A stretch of DNA of 64,000 nucleotides, taken from NCBI GenBank assembly GCA_038496445.1, contig JALMLS010000197.1, positions 62,001 through 126,000 of the forward strand, given 5' to 3'. The translations under genes were made by a program, and so were the position numbers. Source of the DNA: Trichosphaerium sp. ATCC 40318. Lineage: Eukaryota > Protista > Tubulinea. Under the pieces are notes generated by a model that saw only the letters and a list, made by a program, of their open reading frames with translations, ran no database searches and was not told where the DNA came from. Every line of letters starts with the position of its first letter. Positions within the stretch are counted from its first letter, which is position 1. Below, one piece after another: positions 29,705 to 43,103 of the stretch.

Positions 29705-29923
29705 ATAATGTAATGTAATAAACCATTTTTGGATAAGAATAACAATAAACAATGCCATGAATGTCGATCTAACTATTAGTGTTTTTGAACATTCTAGGTC
29801 AATGGTTTGCTTGCAAAAGCAAGTATAAAACTATCATGTTTTATTAAGAAAGTCGAGAGCGGAGCCACTGTTGACCAGTGTTGGAAAGTCCTGACCCGTT
29901 TTTTCTTTTTTGTAAGAGTTGAA

Positions 29924-30848
29924 ATGGAAAAGCACGTTGTGCGTCTGAGTTCTACTTCTAAGCAATCTAGTAATGTAAAACAAACAAAGAGAAAAGCAGT
30001 AGTTGACCTTAATAAAAGAAAGAAGCGGCTCAGAGCAGAGGAGAAGTACTATCCAACAACAACTACAGCGTACGTAACTGTTTGTTTTTGTACATAAACT
30101 GAAAAGTTTACAACTTCTCACCGAGTTGCGTTTACAATATCTCACTTATATCACTATATAACAATCTAAACTCTTCAAGAACCGGATTGACAAAGACAGT
30201 ACTACGATCTAATTCCGTCATTTTGTGGAAAGAGAACTTTGTTACTGTTGGCGAAAGTAAGAATATTTTCGACTTGCTTCGAAAGCAGATAAGTTGGCGG
30301 CAGTCAACAATAACTATATTTGGGAAGAAACTTAAATCTCCAAGATTGAATAACTGGATGGCAGACACGTGTACGGCGTAAAAGTAGATAGTACACGTGT
30401 AAATTTTATTGTCTATTTATAGCTGTACGACCATACTCCTCATCATCAACACCATGGTATCCAGAAGTTCTTGTTCTAAAGCAACGTATTGAGGAAGCAG
30501 TAGACTTTAAGTTTGACTACTGCCTCATACAACTATATAGAGATGGCAAAGACTCCATTGCGTATCATAATGATGAAGAGGCTCTTGGGAAAGTACAGCT
30601 CTTGTGCCATTGTTTATTATCTACTTAGGCATTTCTAGGGTAAAAACGTGATCGCATCAGTATCTTTAGGTGTCACAAGACGCTTTGTACTCAAGCACAA
30701 TGACAAAACAGAGAAAAAAGAATTCAAGTTAACAAATGGATCTCTAATAGTAATGGCTGGAGATACACAACATCACTGGAAGCACACAATAGTAAAGCAA
30801 CCAAAACTAGTTGGCGAAAGGATAAATCTTACATTTAGGAAATCATAA
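29924..30848 (+). CDS. AlkB-family 2OG-Fe(II) dioxygenase (ALKBH2/3-like)
   Basis: SPRLNNW, YRDGKDSIAYHNDEE (HxD), IASVSLG, HWKH, RINLTFR. Confidence 0.92.
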
Positions 30849-30939
30849 ACATGCATGCAAACCACTGCAGTTGATCAATTCTTAATAAACACATTCTATT
30901 TAAATTAAGATTGTATTTAATTTCATCGTTATTATTACC

Positions 30940-31638
30940 TTACCAAGCTACTTTGGCACAAGTGAGTAATGCCGTGATACCCTCAGATGTCACTTTTGTA
31001 CAAATTACATTGATTTCTTTGATTGCTCCATTTGCAGCCAATGCTTTAGCAGCTACATCTGTAACACTTGTATATGAACAATTAATTGTGTGTGCTCCAA
31101 TCAATGATATAATGCCATGATCAGTAACTTGTGTATATGCAACATCTATTGTATGAACTCCAGCCAATTCTCTAATACCTTCATCTGTCACTGAAGTATT
31201 TCTCAGATCAATCGTATGAACGCCAGCCAACGCTTTAATGCCGCGATCAGTCACATTTGTGTTTGAAAGACTGATCGTATGAACACCAGCCAATGATTTA
31301 ATACCATCATATGTAACATTGAGATGATACAAGTTGATTGTATGAACACCTTTAAGATACTTTTTCATGGTTTTTGGTTTGATTTTGAACACAATTCTTA
31401 TTTTAGATTTGTTTAGAAGTAAACGACATGATTTGTACATTTTCTTGAGTTGTTTTTCATCTCCAAGATGAACTGAACGATATGCTTTGTATCCAAAGTG
31501 GTGTTGAATAATACTTTGAAAGAAAGTACATGAATGTTGTAAAGAGTGCAAACAAGCAGTATTGTGGATCAAATTCATTATTTTAACCAATATTTCGATT
31601 GGCAGTGTATTAATGATTGTGTAGCTTTGTCTATCCAT
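30940..31638 (-). CDS. Intronless F-box + LRR protein, 232 aa (copy B)
   Basis: About 5 amino-acid differences from copy A at 20395-21093. Confidence 0.9.
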   Translation of the reverse strand: MDRQSYTIINTLPIEILVKIMNLIHNTACLHSLQHSCTFFQSIIQHHFGYKAYRSVHLGDEKQLKKMYKSCRLLLNKSKIRIVFKIKPKTMKKYLKGVHTINLYHLNVTYDGIKSLAGVHTISLSNTNVTDRGIKALAGVHTIDLRNTSVTDEGIRELAGVHTIDVAYTQVTDHGIISLIGAHTINCSYTSVTDVAAKALAANGAIKEINVICTKVTSEGITALLTCAKVAW

Positions 31639-32634
31639 TAAACTACGAAATTATCACTTATTTTTGTTGTTGATAAAGATGGTAACGGTTGCTATTAATG
31701 TAAGGTTTGCTTAAAGGTGTTGACTTAAAGGAACTGAATATAAACAAGATTGTGTACGCTGAACTGTTGGCGCTTTCATGGCGGTACACGTCAAAGTGCA
31801 AAAATACTTCTACGTCGTTAGCATAGTATTTGTAGGTTAGGTACCGACTGGACAATGTACAAAGGTATTACAGTTGGTGTATTGAAGGGCCAGTCGAACG
31901 TTAAGTTCTCTGTTGTCAAGATAAAATCTTGATGACTGAGCGGCATTGTTGGTAGTTTGAGTTAAATAAAAGGGTTGAAAGGGCGCAGCCATGCTCAAAA
32001 AGGATACGCTTCGGAATTGCAATTCTTTCGAAACGAGAAGAGCAAATGCTATTTATTTTTGTTGCTCACACTCTCAAGCTCGTTGAGGAGTGCAAGCTTA
32101 GCTACCTGTTCTTCTTTTACGATTTTTGTGGTCATATCACACAACAAGATACAAGTTACGCTTGTTGCGTACCTGTTGCATGATAATTAGAGGCATTTAG
32201 CTAACGCTGTGTTGAGCGAACGACAACAAGTGGTAGCAAGTATTATAAGCCCTATGTGGCTTCTTCGTCGGAGAAAACATAGCAAAGCATGTTGAGTTGC
32301 TTTGCAATGCAACGTTGATGATTGGCTATAGTCGTCTTTGATGAGGAACGATCCGTTGTGTAGTGTTGAAGGTGAGAGATTTTTGGGTTGCACGTTTAAA
32401 AATAAACGTGCAGAAAGGCTCAAAGCTCATTGGTGGTTTTTTTTTGCTAAATAAATTAGAACACGTGCAAATTCAATGGACTTTTTCAACGTGGTAAAAC
32501 TTGCCAGGTTCATTGAAATACCGGTTTAGATTGTACACATAGTACCCACGCCAATGCGGTGAATAAACAGAAATTCATTGTTGGCTTACTTTGTTAAACC
32601 TTGAAGTACACTTAAACAAAAGAGAAATGTATGT

Positions 32635-34948
32635 TTATTGAGAAGATTGTAGTATAATGTTGAGTTTTACTGTTTGTCCTTCTGTGACGACCACAGTTTC
32701 AACTGCAGTATTGTAACCAGGTGCGCTGAATGATAGCCTGTATGTATCTAAAGAAGAGTTATTGAGAATATTGAGTGCAAGTGAAAATAAACGACTATTC
32801 ATTCCAAAGCCGTTGTAACTAGTATTCGTACCTGCAGCCAAGAAAAGATCGAATCGGCCAAATCGTTTATGGCTTCTACGTACTTCATCGGCTTGGAAAT
32901 TAATCTTATCAATATCAATGTCAGCAACGATTGGTGAACCGGCACTGTTTGTTACAAAACCAGATACTGATTCAGGTGTTTTAAAGTATAAGTCGACCAT
33001 GCCTCGTAGTCCATTGACAACAGCTAGGATATGTTAGGAATAACCCCTGCAAACTCACTGAATTCTATAAAAGAGCAAAGAGATGCGTACTTTGACAAGA
33101 GGAATAAGAAGGCTGAAAACCCTGAGTTGCTAGATTATTGTTAAACAAAAATTATTCAATGAACTTTTGCTATTAGCTATTGTATTGGACTGTACCCATT
33201 TCTGTAAGTGATGCATAGCTAGTATGATCTTGTAGGAATTGTTGGAATATCTCACCATCAGCGGAAGGAGAACGAAGTCTATAAATAGGAGTAGCAGCGC
33301 GTCTAAAGTCAGAGTTAATTGAACGGTTTCCAATTATTTTTAGCTTTAAACGTACGCGAGATCGTTTGCATTTGCTGTTAAATAATTACGCCAATTTGTT
33401 GCCATAGGAGAACACCTGTAAGCGTAGAGTTGTTCTTGACCCGATTGGTGGAACTCAAGGTACTTGGCGATACCTGAAAAGAATAATAAGAATTTAATAA
33501 GAATGCAAGGTTGAAGTGTCTTTACCATATTCTGCTGCAAGACCGAAAATAGCTTTAGTTTCTTGCTCTGATTCAGGCTCAGTACCTTAAAAAAAAGTTA
33601 TTACATTCACTTGATATAATAGTGGGCTGTCTACCTTTGTAAGTATCTGAACTTGGATTTGATGATCCGCTGCATGATGAATACCATCCTAATTTAGCAT
33701 TTCTGTTCAAATCCACCTATTTCGTTCTATCACTACTTGTCATGTTAAATGGCGTTGACGTACTCCTACTGCGGTACTAAGAGGCCGTCTATTTTTACGC
33801 CACATGTTGTAAGTGGTGAAAACATAAGTGTAACTAAATAGCGTTAATAGGAAGAAAATAAACCAAAGAAATACCCGTCTGGGTTTACTGTTGGTAAAAC
33901 CCATATTTGTGTTTCATCAACAAGTCTTTTGACGGATGAATCAGTAGCATATCCAGTGAGAAGCTATACAGCATTACTCGTACTCATAAAGCTGTGAGCG
34001 TACTCTATCGATAGTATCAATCGTAACTTCAGGAGTGCATATCTCTCTAAAAAATAACAATCAATAGATTGATCAAAACATATTATTGAGACTACCTTGA
34101 GTGTTCGTTACTCAACACAATATAAGTTGGTTCAGGTTCAATGACATTTGGGTTGTCAGATATCATCAATCCCATAATAGCGCGACCTGGATACAAAGCA
34201 AACATTAAATAACAAAATCGGAAAAGTGAAGCAAACTTTACCTCCGTAAGTTGGGCCAGCACCATACTCAGCGGCAATATCAACCAACTTAGTTATTGAT
34301 GGATAGTCCTAGTATTATTTTTAAACCACTTAAAAACTTCCAAAGAAAGGTGTTCGTACGTTGTGGTATTTTTCCATAATAGCATTAATTTCGGCTAAAT
34401 TTCTATATCCTATGCAAAACATCGGTTAAAAGAGACGTCATGCTTAAATACGTACCCGAAGGAACGGCCATTGGCAAACCGATAGCATCAGCTTCTGGCA
34501 GACTAAAGTTCTTTGAAGTACTTTGAATCAAAGTACTTGGCACGTGCCAATGCTTCCTTGTAAACAATTAGCAATAACAGTTAGCAATTTTCGAAAATAA
34601 CGAAAACTTTTCCTTTTGGTATGGTCGCTTCGTAATCACGTGTGTAACGAACATACTGCTGTGGTGGTTGCTGTTGAAATGAAAGTTGTACTTACTTTAG
34701 GATAGCGTCAAGTTCCTCATCGTTAGCGATAACATAGACGTCGTTTGGTTGTCCCAAGTGAGATAAAGCTAAAAACGTTAAGAGCGTATCATTTTACATC
34801 TTAGAAATCACTTACCATCGTATCCATCGCTCTTTAGGCTATTGTACAACCCAGTATCACGTGTAGGCGACATTTTGAGGACATTCCTTGATAATGCCAA
34901 AGAACACACTGAGAATACTACCAACACAACTAGAAACTCTACTTTCAT
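32635..34948 (-). CDS. Secreted M14 zinc carboxypeptidase (carboxypeptidase T-like) with C-terminal beta-sandwich domain
   Basis: Signal peptide MKVEFLVVLVVFSVCSLA, SNEHSRE (HxxE), PTVNPDG, WRKNRRP, GVDLNRN, EPESEQETKA, LEFHQSG; C-terminal FSAPGYNT. Confidence 0.9.
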
Positions 34949-35036
34949 CACGAATTGTAATTTACGGTTGGTGTAAATGTTAACAAAAAAGTCAACGGAT
35001 TTAGCTGTTCTTTTTTATTATCCAACACTTTCAATA

Positions 35037-36682
35037 ATGCGGTTAGTTACTATTCTCTTTTTGGGATTTATTGGTTCGTAAATGGGGTTCTTATCGGTTG
35101 AATTTATTCAGTATAGCGCTGGCTATCGCATGTAACATGACATGTGCCGAGATAGAGGCTGGTATGCCTGTTCCTTCAGTACCAACCAAAAGAATGCCTT
35201 ATTACACGTACGTACTCTTCGTTAGTAAGTTTTTTCTCTCGCCATGTCACGTATTTACACGATAGTATAGAGACCCTAATATGGTACTTGGCGTGAGAAA
35301 CACAGAGATAGAAATTGCTGTGATTATGGTTCACGTGCGTTTCTTTTATCGTATTGACAGTTCAGCTTTTTTTGTTATCATGTGTACGTTGCTTAGACCT
35401 CTTTTAAGGGTACAGGGCGCAATGCTGACGAATACTTTTGTTACATGCGAAACTCTGTTGATGAGTACTATGGGAAAGATAGGTAATGTTTTCTTTGTGA
35501 GTAAGAGTGTAGAGCTTACTTTTTGGTTACAGAGATAAAGTTCTAGTTATTGCGCCTCACTTTAAAATCCCAAGTGATAATCCGGTTGTTGGTGACTTAT
35601 TCTGGGACCACAATGAGTACTAGCCACCAACCATACTATAAGCTTTGCTAATGCGATGCAGAGACTGGAAGGCTGGATACGACTCGACAAATACGTTTGA
35701 TAAAAGAGTCAGTTCTTTTACTGTTCTTGATGACATGTTGTCGATTTTTGCCGACAGATTAATTTATCCTTCGTTGAAGAAAATCATAGTTGCTGGACAT
35801 TCTGCAGGTTGGAAAGGTTCATTGACATACTTACTCATTAGTTTAATATTAGGTGGGCAAGTTGTACAACGCTACGCACTCGGAACTCCAATTGAGAGGA
35901 AGATTGATCCGGGTAAGTTTTGTTTTTGTTCTTCGCTTCTCATTTTCCTTAGCAATTTCTGTTGTGTATGCTCCTGCCAATCCATCGTCAGTATGTTGGC
36001 TATATAATAAGAGACCTTCAAATTTAGTTTATGACACAAATTGTCCAACGTGTCAGCCAGTGTCTAAGATTCGTAATTTCAAGTTTGAGTTTGGAGTACC
36101 TGATGTTTCTAAATGTCCACGTACATCAAGACCACTCTATGCATTCACCTCATTGGTACCGTTTAGGTTACAATACCTACCGTTATGGATTAGAAAAACT
36201 CAATACTTACATGAGTCAACTTGGGTTAGATGCGATGATAAAGGAATACGCAACACGTGATGTCATTGTAAGCCATCAATTTTTAAAAACTTTTTCTGAA
36301 ACTTGTTTGCTGAGCCACGATCTAGTACTTTCAGGGTGCAGCCGATACATGTAACAGAATCTACAATTGTGGTTGCAATGACCATAGTCTTGCTACTGGA
36401 TGTGAATCAATGCTTAGCGGACAATGCAGGTAAGAACCTCTAAAACTCGTGAGAAAAAGGTAAATGTTGTTTGTAGGTTTGAGCGTGGGTATGCGTTTTT
36501 TAGATCTCTTGAGGAGGTTTACGGACGTGCTGTACATAGACTTGTTGAGGTACCGGGTATAGGTCACTCAGGATGCGATATGTTTCAAGTAAGTATAAAA
36601 AGCAAGCGTTTTTTTTCCTGATGTGTTGTAGTCTGCTACTGCCAAAAATACTCTTTTTGGTGATACTCTTTCTATTGTATGA
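35037..36682 (+). CDS. Secreted alpha/beta hydrolase (esterase-like)
   Basis: Signal peptide, VHGTGRNADEY, VIAPHF, VAGHSAGGQVVQRYA (GxSxG), ANPSS, VPGIGH (catalytic His). Confidence 0.85.
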
Positions 36683-37085
36683 AGTTAGAAAATAAATGTC
36701 ACGAACTAGTATCAAGCAAATACCACAGCCCTTTTGTCATAGATTTACTCAAAAGTTTTAAATACAATCTTTTTTCCACATTGTGAAATCCGCTCGGGAT
36801 ATCAGATCCTACAATTTTCCTAATGTTTCTCATATCAAAAACCACCAAGCCAAGAAAATGCAGAACTTTCACCGGTCCGGACACCTTTTGAAGTACTTGG
36901 TGGGCGCCCCAAGTATTTGTTGCAAACAACATGTTGAACAAAGAAGATACAGAGTCCAAAATAAAATGGTAAACGAAAGTACTATTTTGGCATTTTTACT
37001 TATTTTGCACAATAACGAACTTTATTTGACTGTAGAGAATCGCCCAGAAAAGTACTGCGAATCTTCTGTTGTAAGTCCTGTGTTA

Positions 37086-38702
37086 TGATGCAACACATCC
37101 TACTTATTTTAGTATTCTGTGGTACGTTATCGTTATGTGACAATTGCACTTCGTGGATTGGACCAAACGGAAGCGATCAAGTATGACAAACATCTTCTAC
37201 TCGTTTTGGAGCTTGTGCAAGTATTAATTTTCGTTTAGAGTGGAGATGGGAGTTATAAGAAGCCTTATGCAACTATACAGCGTGCGTCTTTATCACTGTA
37301 ACACTTTTGACTTGAGAAACGATCAGAAACTAAATAAATGATGCTAGGAGCTCAAAAGTATACAAACAGAAATGAATCGACGCTGTCACTTTGCTTTCGG
37401 GAAGGAGTGTACAAGAGTACGTCTTATCGGGCAGAAAACTCGCCAAAATTGCTATTTCGGAGTTTACAAAATATGCGGCATGGCAATAGTTTAGGCTACG
37501 CCTAACGACTAGTTAAAAAAAACTGGATATTCGTTATCTTTTTTGTCGATATCCTGTCAACTCCTTCGTCGTTTTGGACAACTTTCTCAGTGATATTTTT
37601 TAACTTGAATGGTAGTACCTCAAATACTTGCATGTAATAATGGCACAGTGGATTTTACAGACGAAGGAAAAGGAGCTGTGTTGGGAACAATGGTAAGGAA
37701 TTAAACTATGACATTGTTCCAGTAGAATTAATTAACACTTATGCTTAACAGGTTATTGAATCTCCGAATGATTTCTACTTATTCAAACTTTACGTTTCAA
37801 TCACAGGGTTCACAATAAGCAGCCTAACGTCATCATCAACAAATTTAAATGGTTTGAAACTTGCTAATACTACTATTAAAATGGTTAATCTTACCAATAC
37901 TGGGACTATTGACATTACTGATTCTATACTTGGGTCAAAAACAACAGATGTTACTTTGGCAGGCTATGACGTTAATATGAACCACTCCCAAGTTGTTGCC
38001 AAGACTTTTACGACGAATAATCAACTAGAATTCCAGTTCCAAGGTAGTGCAGCATTCTATGACTCAAGTGTATATGTTACAGACGAGATCTTTCTATACG
38101 CAGGTGAGTGCGTTCGTACAATTTTCTTGACAAGGTCAAAAAAAAAAGAAACAATAACAAAGTTGTAGATGATTTCTTTATTAAGAGGTGTAATATCACC
38201 ACACCTCCTGGCCAAAACATACCTCTAGGATTTACAGTCGAGTTTTATGATAGCATATTTGAAAATATTGGTGTACGTACATAACCTTCTAATGATTGAT
38301 TTTGACTTTTTTGTAATTTTAGGGTACAATTCAGCCGGGTCAAAATACTTTTGAGTATGATGTTCATATCTACTTTATTAATTCTATAATCAAAGGAGTT
38401 ACTCTCAGCCCTCAAAAGATTTCAAGGGGAGAAGTTACAAACACTACATTTGCAGCATGTGAAGCTTATGTATGGAACACAAAATTAGAGTTTTTAACAA
38501 TATGGAATACAATTTTTTTGCTTACTCCTCTATGTAGCATGGAAAGGCTCCACTCGATTTTTATCCAGAGGATTTTCCAGAATTTTACATTAAAAATAAC
38601 AACCCATGCCCTGTTACATGTAAACCCGGATATTGTTCTCTTGGAAATCTGTTTGCTTGTGAAAAGTGTGCGCCTAGTAATAATAATGTATCCATTGAGT
38701 GA
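37086..38702 (+). CDS. Secreted beta-helix (pectin-lyase-like fold) protein with Cys-rich C-terminus
   Basis: Signal peptide MMQHILLILVFCGTLSLC, GSDQSGDGSYKKPYATIQ...GVY motif typical of right-handed beta-helix N-termini, Asn/Thr/Ser-rich strands, CPVTCKPGYC...CEKC. Confidence 0.6.
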
Positions 38703-39123
38703 AATAAAAAGGCATATTAGCAAGTATGGACATAAACTTAGCACTTCTATGCTTACAAATAATGTACATAAACAGTAGCACAGTCACTTGGCATGCAGAT
38801 TTGGTGCGTTGCTCTTTACCGTACAACGTTCTAACAAGTCACGATTGTACCATACCAGCCAATGCAATGACATGTTGTCGATTTTGATTTTATTGCTTGT
38901 TTTTTCTAATTACTTGTTTTCCTAACACCTGAATAGAAGCATACTCCAAGAATCCTACTAAATATCTAAACATCTCTTATCACGTGATAAGCACCGGATG
39001 TTATCCGATCAATAAATACCTCATATGTACTACACTTCCTAAAGTAACCAGCAGGTGCTAAAATGAGTCAAGACTAGCAAATACATTTATTTTGCATTCT
39101 TTTTTTTTTGTACACATTGAGAT

Positions 39124-42062
39124 TTATTTGTCTTCTTTGCCAAACCTTAGTTCTGGTAACTCCTCTTTTACTTCATCTGCAATCTCTTGGAATGCTTGAA
39201 TGAATTGTGGCATGTATTTTTTCTTTTTTATCCAGTACTTACCATGAGCACTCTTAAAGGAACCCAGCTTTAAAACAAGTTAACAAAAAATGCAAACAAA
39301 ATTAATGTCCGTGGACGCAGTGTGGTTAAATAAAACACTTCTAATGTCTAGAAGCCAATCCACAACCCTTTTCATTATGTGGGCATACTTTTTGTCCACA
39401 AAAGAGGGAATAGCACTTTGACGAAAAAAAAAATAGTTTTGTACCAGTCGTAATAGTGTATCTTTTGGAAGAAAGCCAAGCTTTCCGGAAGCTTGCTGGC
39501 CGTTATCTTGTATAAGATTAGTAAACAATCCAATAAATGACTTTGAGAGAGAAATAACAGACGTACAAATATACGGAATTTCGTTACATTTCTTTTCAAA
39601 CACGTGATTAAGAAAAGCTTGTACAGCCCATCCCTTTGGATATTTTTTAGAGTACACTACAAATCAAGTTAATCATTGACCAGCAAATATTACTCTTTAG
39701 AATAAAGAACAACACATACGATGATACTCAGTTTCCGTCAATTTTAAAAGGTTCAGAAACGACTCACGACTTGGTTCTAACACCTGCAAAACAAATGGAT
39801 TAGCTGCCTTTAAGTCATTAAGAACGAACTCACCATAAGTCCGCTATTGAATGTATTAAATGTCTTTCCTTTTCTATTCACAAGCCTGGCTGCAGCAAAC
39901 TAAAAAACAAACAAGTTAGAGAATTCAAAAAAACGAAAGTTAACTAGTATACCGCTTTGAGACCAAATAAGTTATTCATAGGACGAAGCATGAGAATATC
40001 TGCATCAATAAAAACGACTTTATCATAATCTGTAAGATTCCAGCAGTGTAACACCCTTAAAAAGACTTAGTGTATTATACTGACCTCTAAAATACTCACG
40101 TGAAGGCATTTTTGTGCCTCTTGTTCATGCCAGGAAGTGTCTTTGATATAGCATCCACTACAGCGAGTTAATGGTAACATATGGTATTAATAGAATGACA
40201 CTCACCACGCCTTACTATGCCTCCTTTCTGAGCTACAGCTTCGAGATATTTCGAATGTTTGACTTTACTTGTCACCATAACAATTACGTCTCTTGTGTTA
40301 CCAAACTTTTCTAGTTGATGCAACAATACCAAAACACCAAGTGGATAACCTCCTTCAGAAAGACTGCAAAGTCAGTAACAAGTAATGGAACTGAAAGCAT
40401 TTTTTTTGGCAAAGGACCTGTCACTGTAATCAGATGTTAATAATGTGACCCATGCTTCTTTCTTCTTTGGTATTTCTACACAAATCAATTAAAGCGAACT
40501 TGTACGCAATGTCCTACCTCTTACTGTGAAAGTGTTTAACAACCAATTACATGCTGAACCTTCCAGAGGTGTAGAAGCCGAAGTAATCTTGCCTAAGCAG
40601 AACAAACTTAGTTGCAAAATGACTTGTGAATTCAAACCATTTAAGTGAACAGCGTATGATTCCTTCTTTATTCTGAATAAAGGCTTAGTGCTATTTGATC
40701 CAAACTGAATAATATTTCTACTTACTTGTTTATAAGTGATAATGCATCATTGGTTCCAAAAAAGCACTTCCAACTACCATGTCTTGATACTTTCTTTTGT
40801 TTGAATTTAAATCTATCAAAAACAGCAATAAGCTTACAAGCGTTAAAGGCACGTAGGATAATAGTAAATTCTTGATTAAATAGACTTTAGGTGCTTACTT
40901 TGCCTTCTTCTCAAGTACATAAAAAGCGTTGACATCGACAAGATTAGTATCAGCTTGTACACAGCTGCGGAAAAAGTAAGTTAACAATTTTAGTTGAGCC
41001 CTTTTTTTACCTATCCTTCGTTGAAGTGCCACAAAGCCTCGTATAAGTACGAGTAAGCAATTTTGGTCCTGCACTAGACCAATCATCTAATGACATATTG
41101 ATACAGTCTCTTAGGAGTTATAACCTATAAGTACCTTTATCGTAATGATGCTGAAGTTGCAGCATGCATTCAGTCAAGAATGAATGCATCCTATCAAAAA
41201 TCATAATGGCTCCATTTATGGCATCTGAACGAGATCCAAGAGGGTGTTGTAATCCTACTCTTTTAAGTGTAAGCTCACTCACCGCAGATACCTATAGTAT
41301 TGTAGAGGTGATGTATGGGCTTCACAAATATCATATCAGTGTCTACAGAACACTTAGATTGAACCATATCATTAGCCGTACCTGAATAAATACCGCCATA
41401 TTTCCACAAGACAGCTAGCCTCATTAAATCTGTAACATGGCTGTAGTAATGCGGATTGTCTTTAAAAGGCTCGAAACTTGAAGTAAACCAATTGAAAAGT
41501 GGTGTGTTCGCAAGGATAGCTCGAGCACTGCTAGGTTCTATTCTAAAACAAGGTCAATTGCAGTAAACAAGAGAAAAGTTGCACCTTATGTCGTAACCAT
41601 AGCTCTGTAAATTTTCAAACTGCTTGGAGCTTAACATACCTCCAACGTCGTGTATGATTATAGTTGACAAAGGGTGATGGTACAAGATACTTTCGACACT
41701 CCTATTGCAGAGTAAAAAGCAAGGAATAACGCTTTTGTTTAAAAAGCTCACCTCTGATTTACGTCTTTCCACGCTCCATTCACACGTGGTTGATCACGTG
41801 GGAATTTCGACTCAAATAGCTGTATTGAGCTATTTCTAGTCGTTGTCCACAATAGATGAAACGTTGGAGGCTCTTCATGGCGCGTTAAAGGCTTAAATAC
41901 AACGAATAGTTTAAAAGTACCTAGACTTATCTCGAACGGAGGTTTAAAGTTATTTCTATGCGATTGTGGCGTTTGATACGTTGTAAAAAATACAAACGTG
42001 CCCAAAACGTACAGAACAAAGAAAAAACATAATGTACTACGCCAACGCCTTGCAAGGTTCAT
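39124..42062 (-). CDS. Type II membrane double glycosyltransferase: GT32 (alpha-1,4-GalT/DXD-like) fused to GT8 (glycogenin-like)
   Basis: N-terminal TM anchor. GT32 motifs RSVESILYHHP, HVTDLMRLAVLWKYGGIYS, YAVHLNG. GT8 motifs EAWVTLL, WNLTDYDKVVFIDADIL, FNSGLMVLEPS. Confidence 0.85.
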
Positions 42063-42233
42063 TAATAAGACGACGTGGTAGTTCTTAACTAACGTCTATT
42101 GCTGAAACGACTTAAGAAGGATAAGCTTCAAACAAAAAAAACAAAGTCACATGCGTAAAGCATGCTAAAAGTAGTTCAAAACAAGTTGTAAACAATAAAA
42201 TAAACAAGCCATTTATTCCGTAAAAGAAAGATA

Positions 42234-43013
42234 TCAATAGTTTTTGTTGCCAAATCTTGGCCTGCTGCGACGTCTGCTTTTTGAATCGTAGCGTTTGTTC
42301 CATATCGCGCATTGTTCTTGAGTTGCACTGAGTAATTGTAGCATAAACTTGGAGTCTACTAATACTCCAAGATGAAACTCTTCTCCCTCGCGGAAGAAAA
42401 ATGGAGCTCCAAAGTTTCCAAGCGCTACATGTGCGTCAACGAACTCCTCTAGCAGAACCAAGTTCTCATATAGAACCTTAACTGTAACGTTGCATCTAAA
42501 CAAAGCAACATTTCCAATATTTAACATTGTGGAAAAATCCGACACCATGAAACCTTTTTGCACAACAAGTCTGGCAACTGATAGTTGACGACTCGCGTTT
42601 AAATAACACCCTTGCTTATAGCTCGTTTGAAACTTGCCAGAATCTCTGCGACATACTAGACAACAAATCAGCGACTGCGCATCATACAAAATAAAAAACG
42701 TGCCGTTGCCAAACTGTCCTGGTGGTACGAAGCATTTTAAGGCAAATGTTGAACTCCTTCTATATTTTTGGACGCTCCATGATAACCAGCACTCGTCGCT
42801 GTTTTCCGCCCGGTTAAACAGTTTACGTACCATTCCCAGGACAATTTCTGGTGGTACTTGGGATATGGCAGTAATTTTACATTCAAAACCTAAAAATACA
42901 ATTTTTAGAAAAGCACGTTTTCGAGTTCGAATGTGATGTGCGTACCGACATTCCAAACAAATACGGGTCGCTCTTTCCGATCTGCTACATACAAAAGGTG
43001 AAGCTAAACACAA
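42234..43013 (-). CDS. Hypothetical protein (long stop-free frame, start codon unclear)
   Basis: 259 codons without a stop in AT-rich DNA; no recognisable motif; first in-frame ATG only ~60 codons in. Confidence 0.4.
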   Translation of the reverse strand: MCLASPFVCSRSERATRICLECRYAHHIRTRKRAFLKIVFLGFECKITAISQVPPEIVLGMVRKLFNRAENSDECWLSWSVQKYRRSSTFALKCFVPPGQFGNGTFFILYDAQSLICCLVCRRDSGKFQTSYKQGCYLNASRQLSVARLVVQKGFMVSDFSTMLNIGNVALFRCNVTVKVLYENLVLLEEFVDAHVALGNFGAPFFFREGEEFHLGVLVDSKFMLQLLSATQEQCAIWNKRYDSKSRRRSRPRFGNKNY

Positions 43014-43103
43014 AGAAAAATAAACCTAACAAAGAAGGCAATAAACGATTTTTTTAATGTGCTATGATTAGTTTCTACAGGATTTGGTTATTTTTTTCTC
43101 TTT

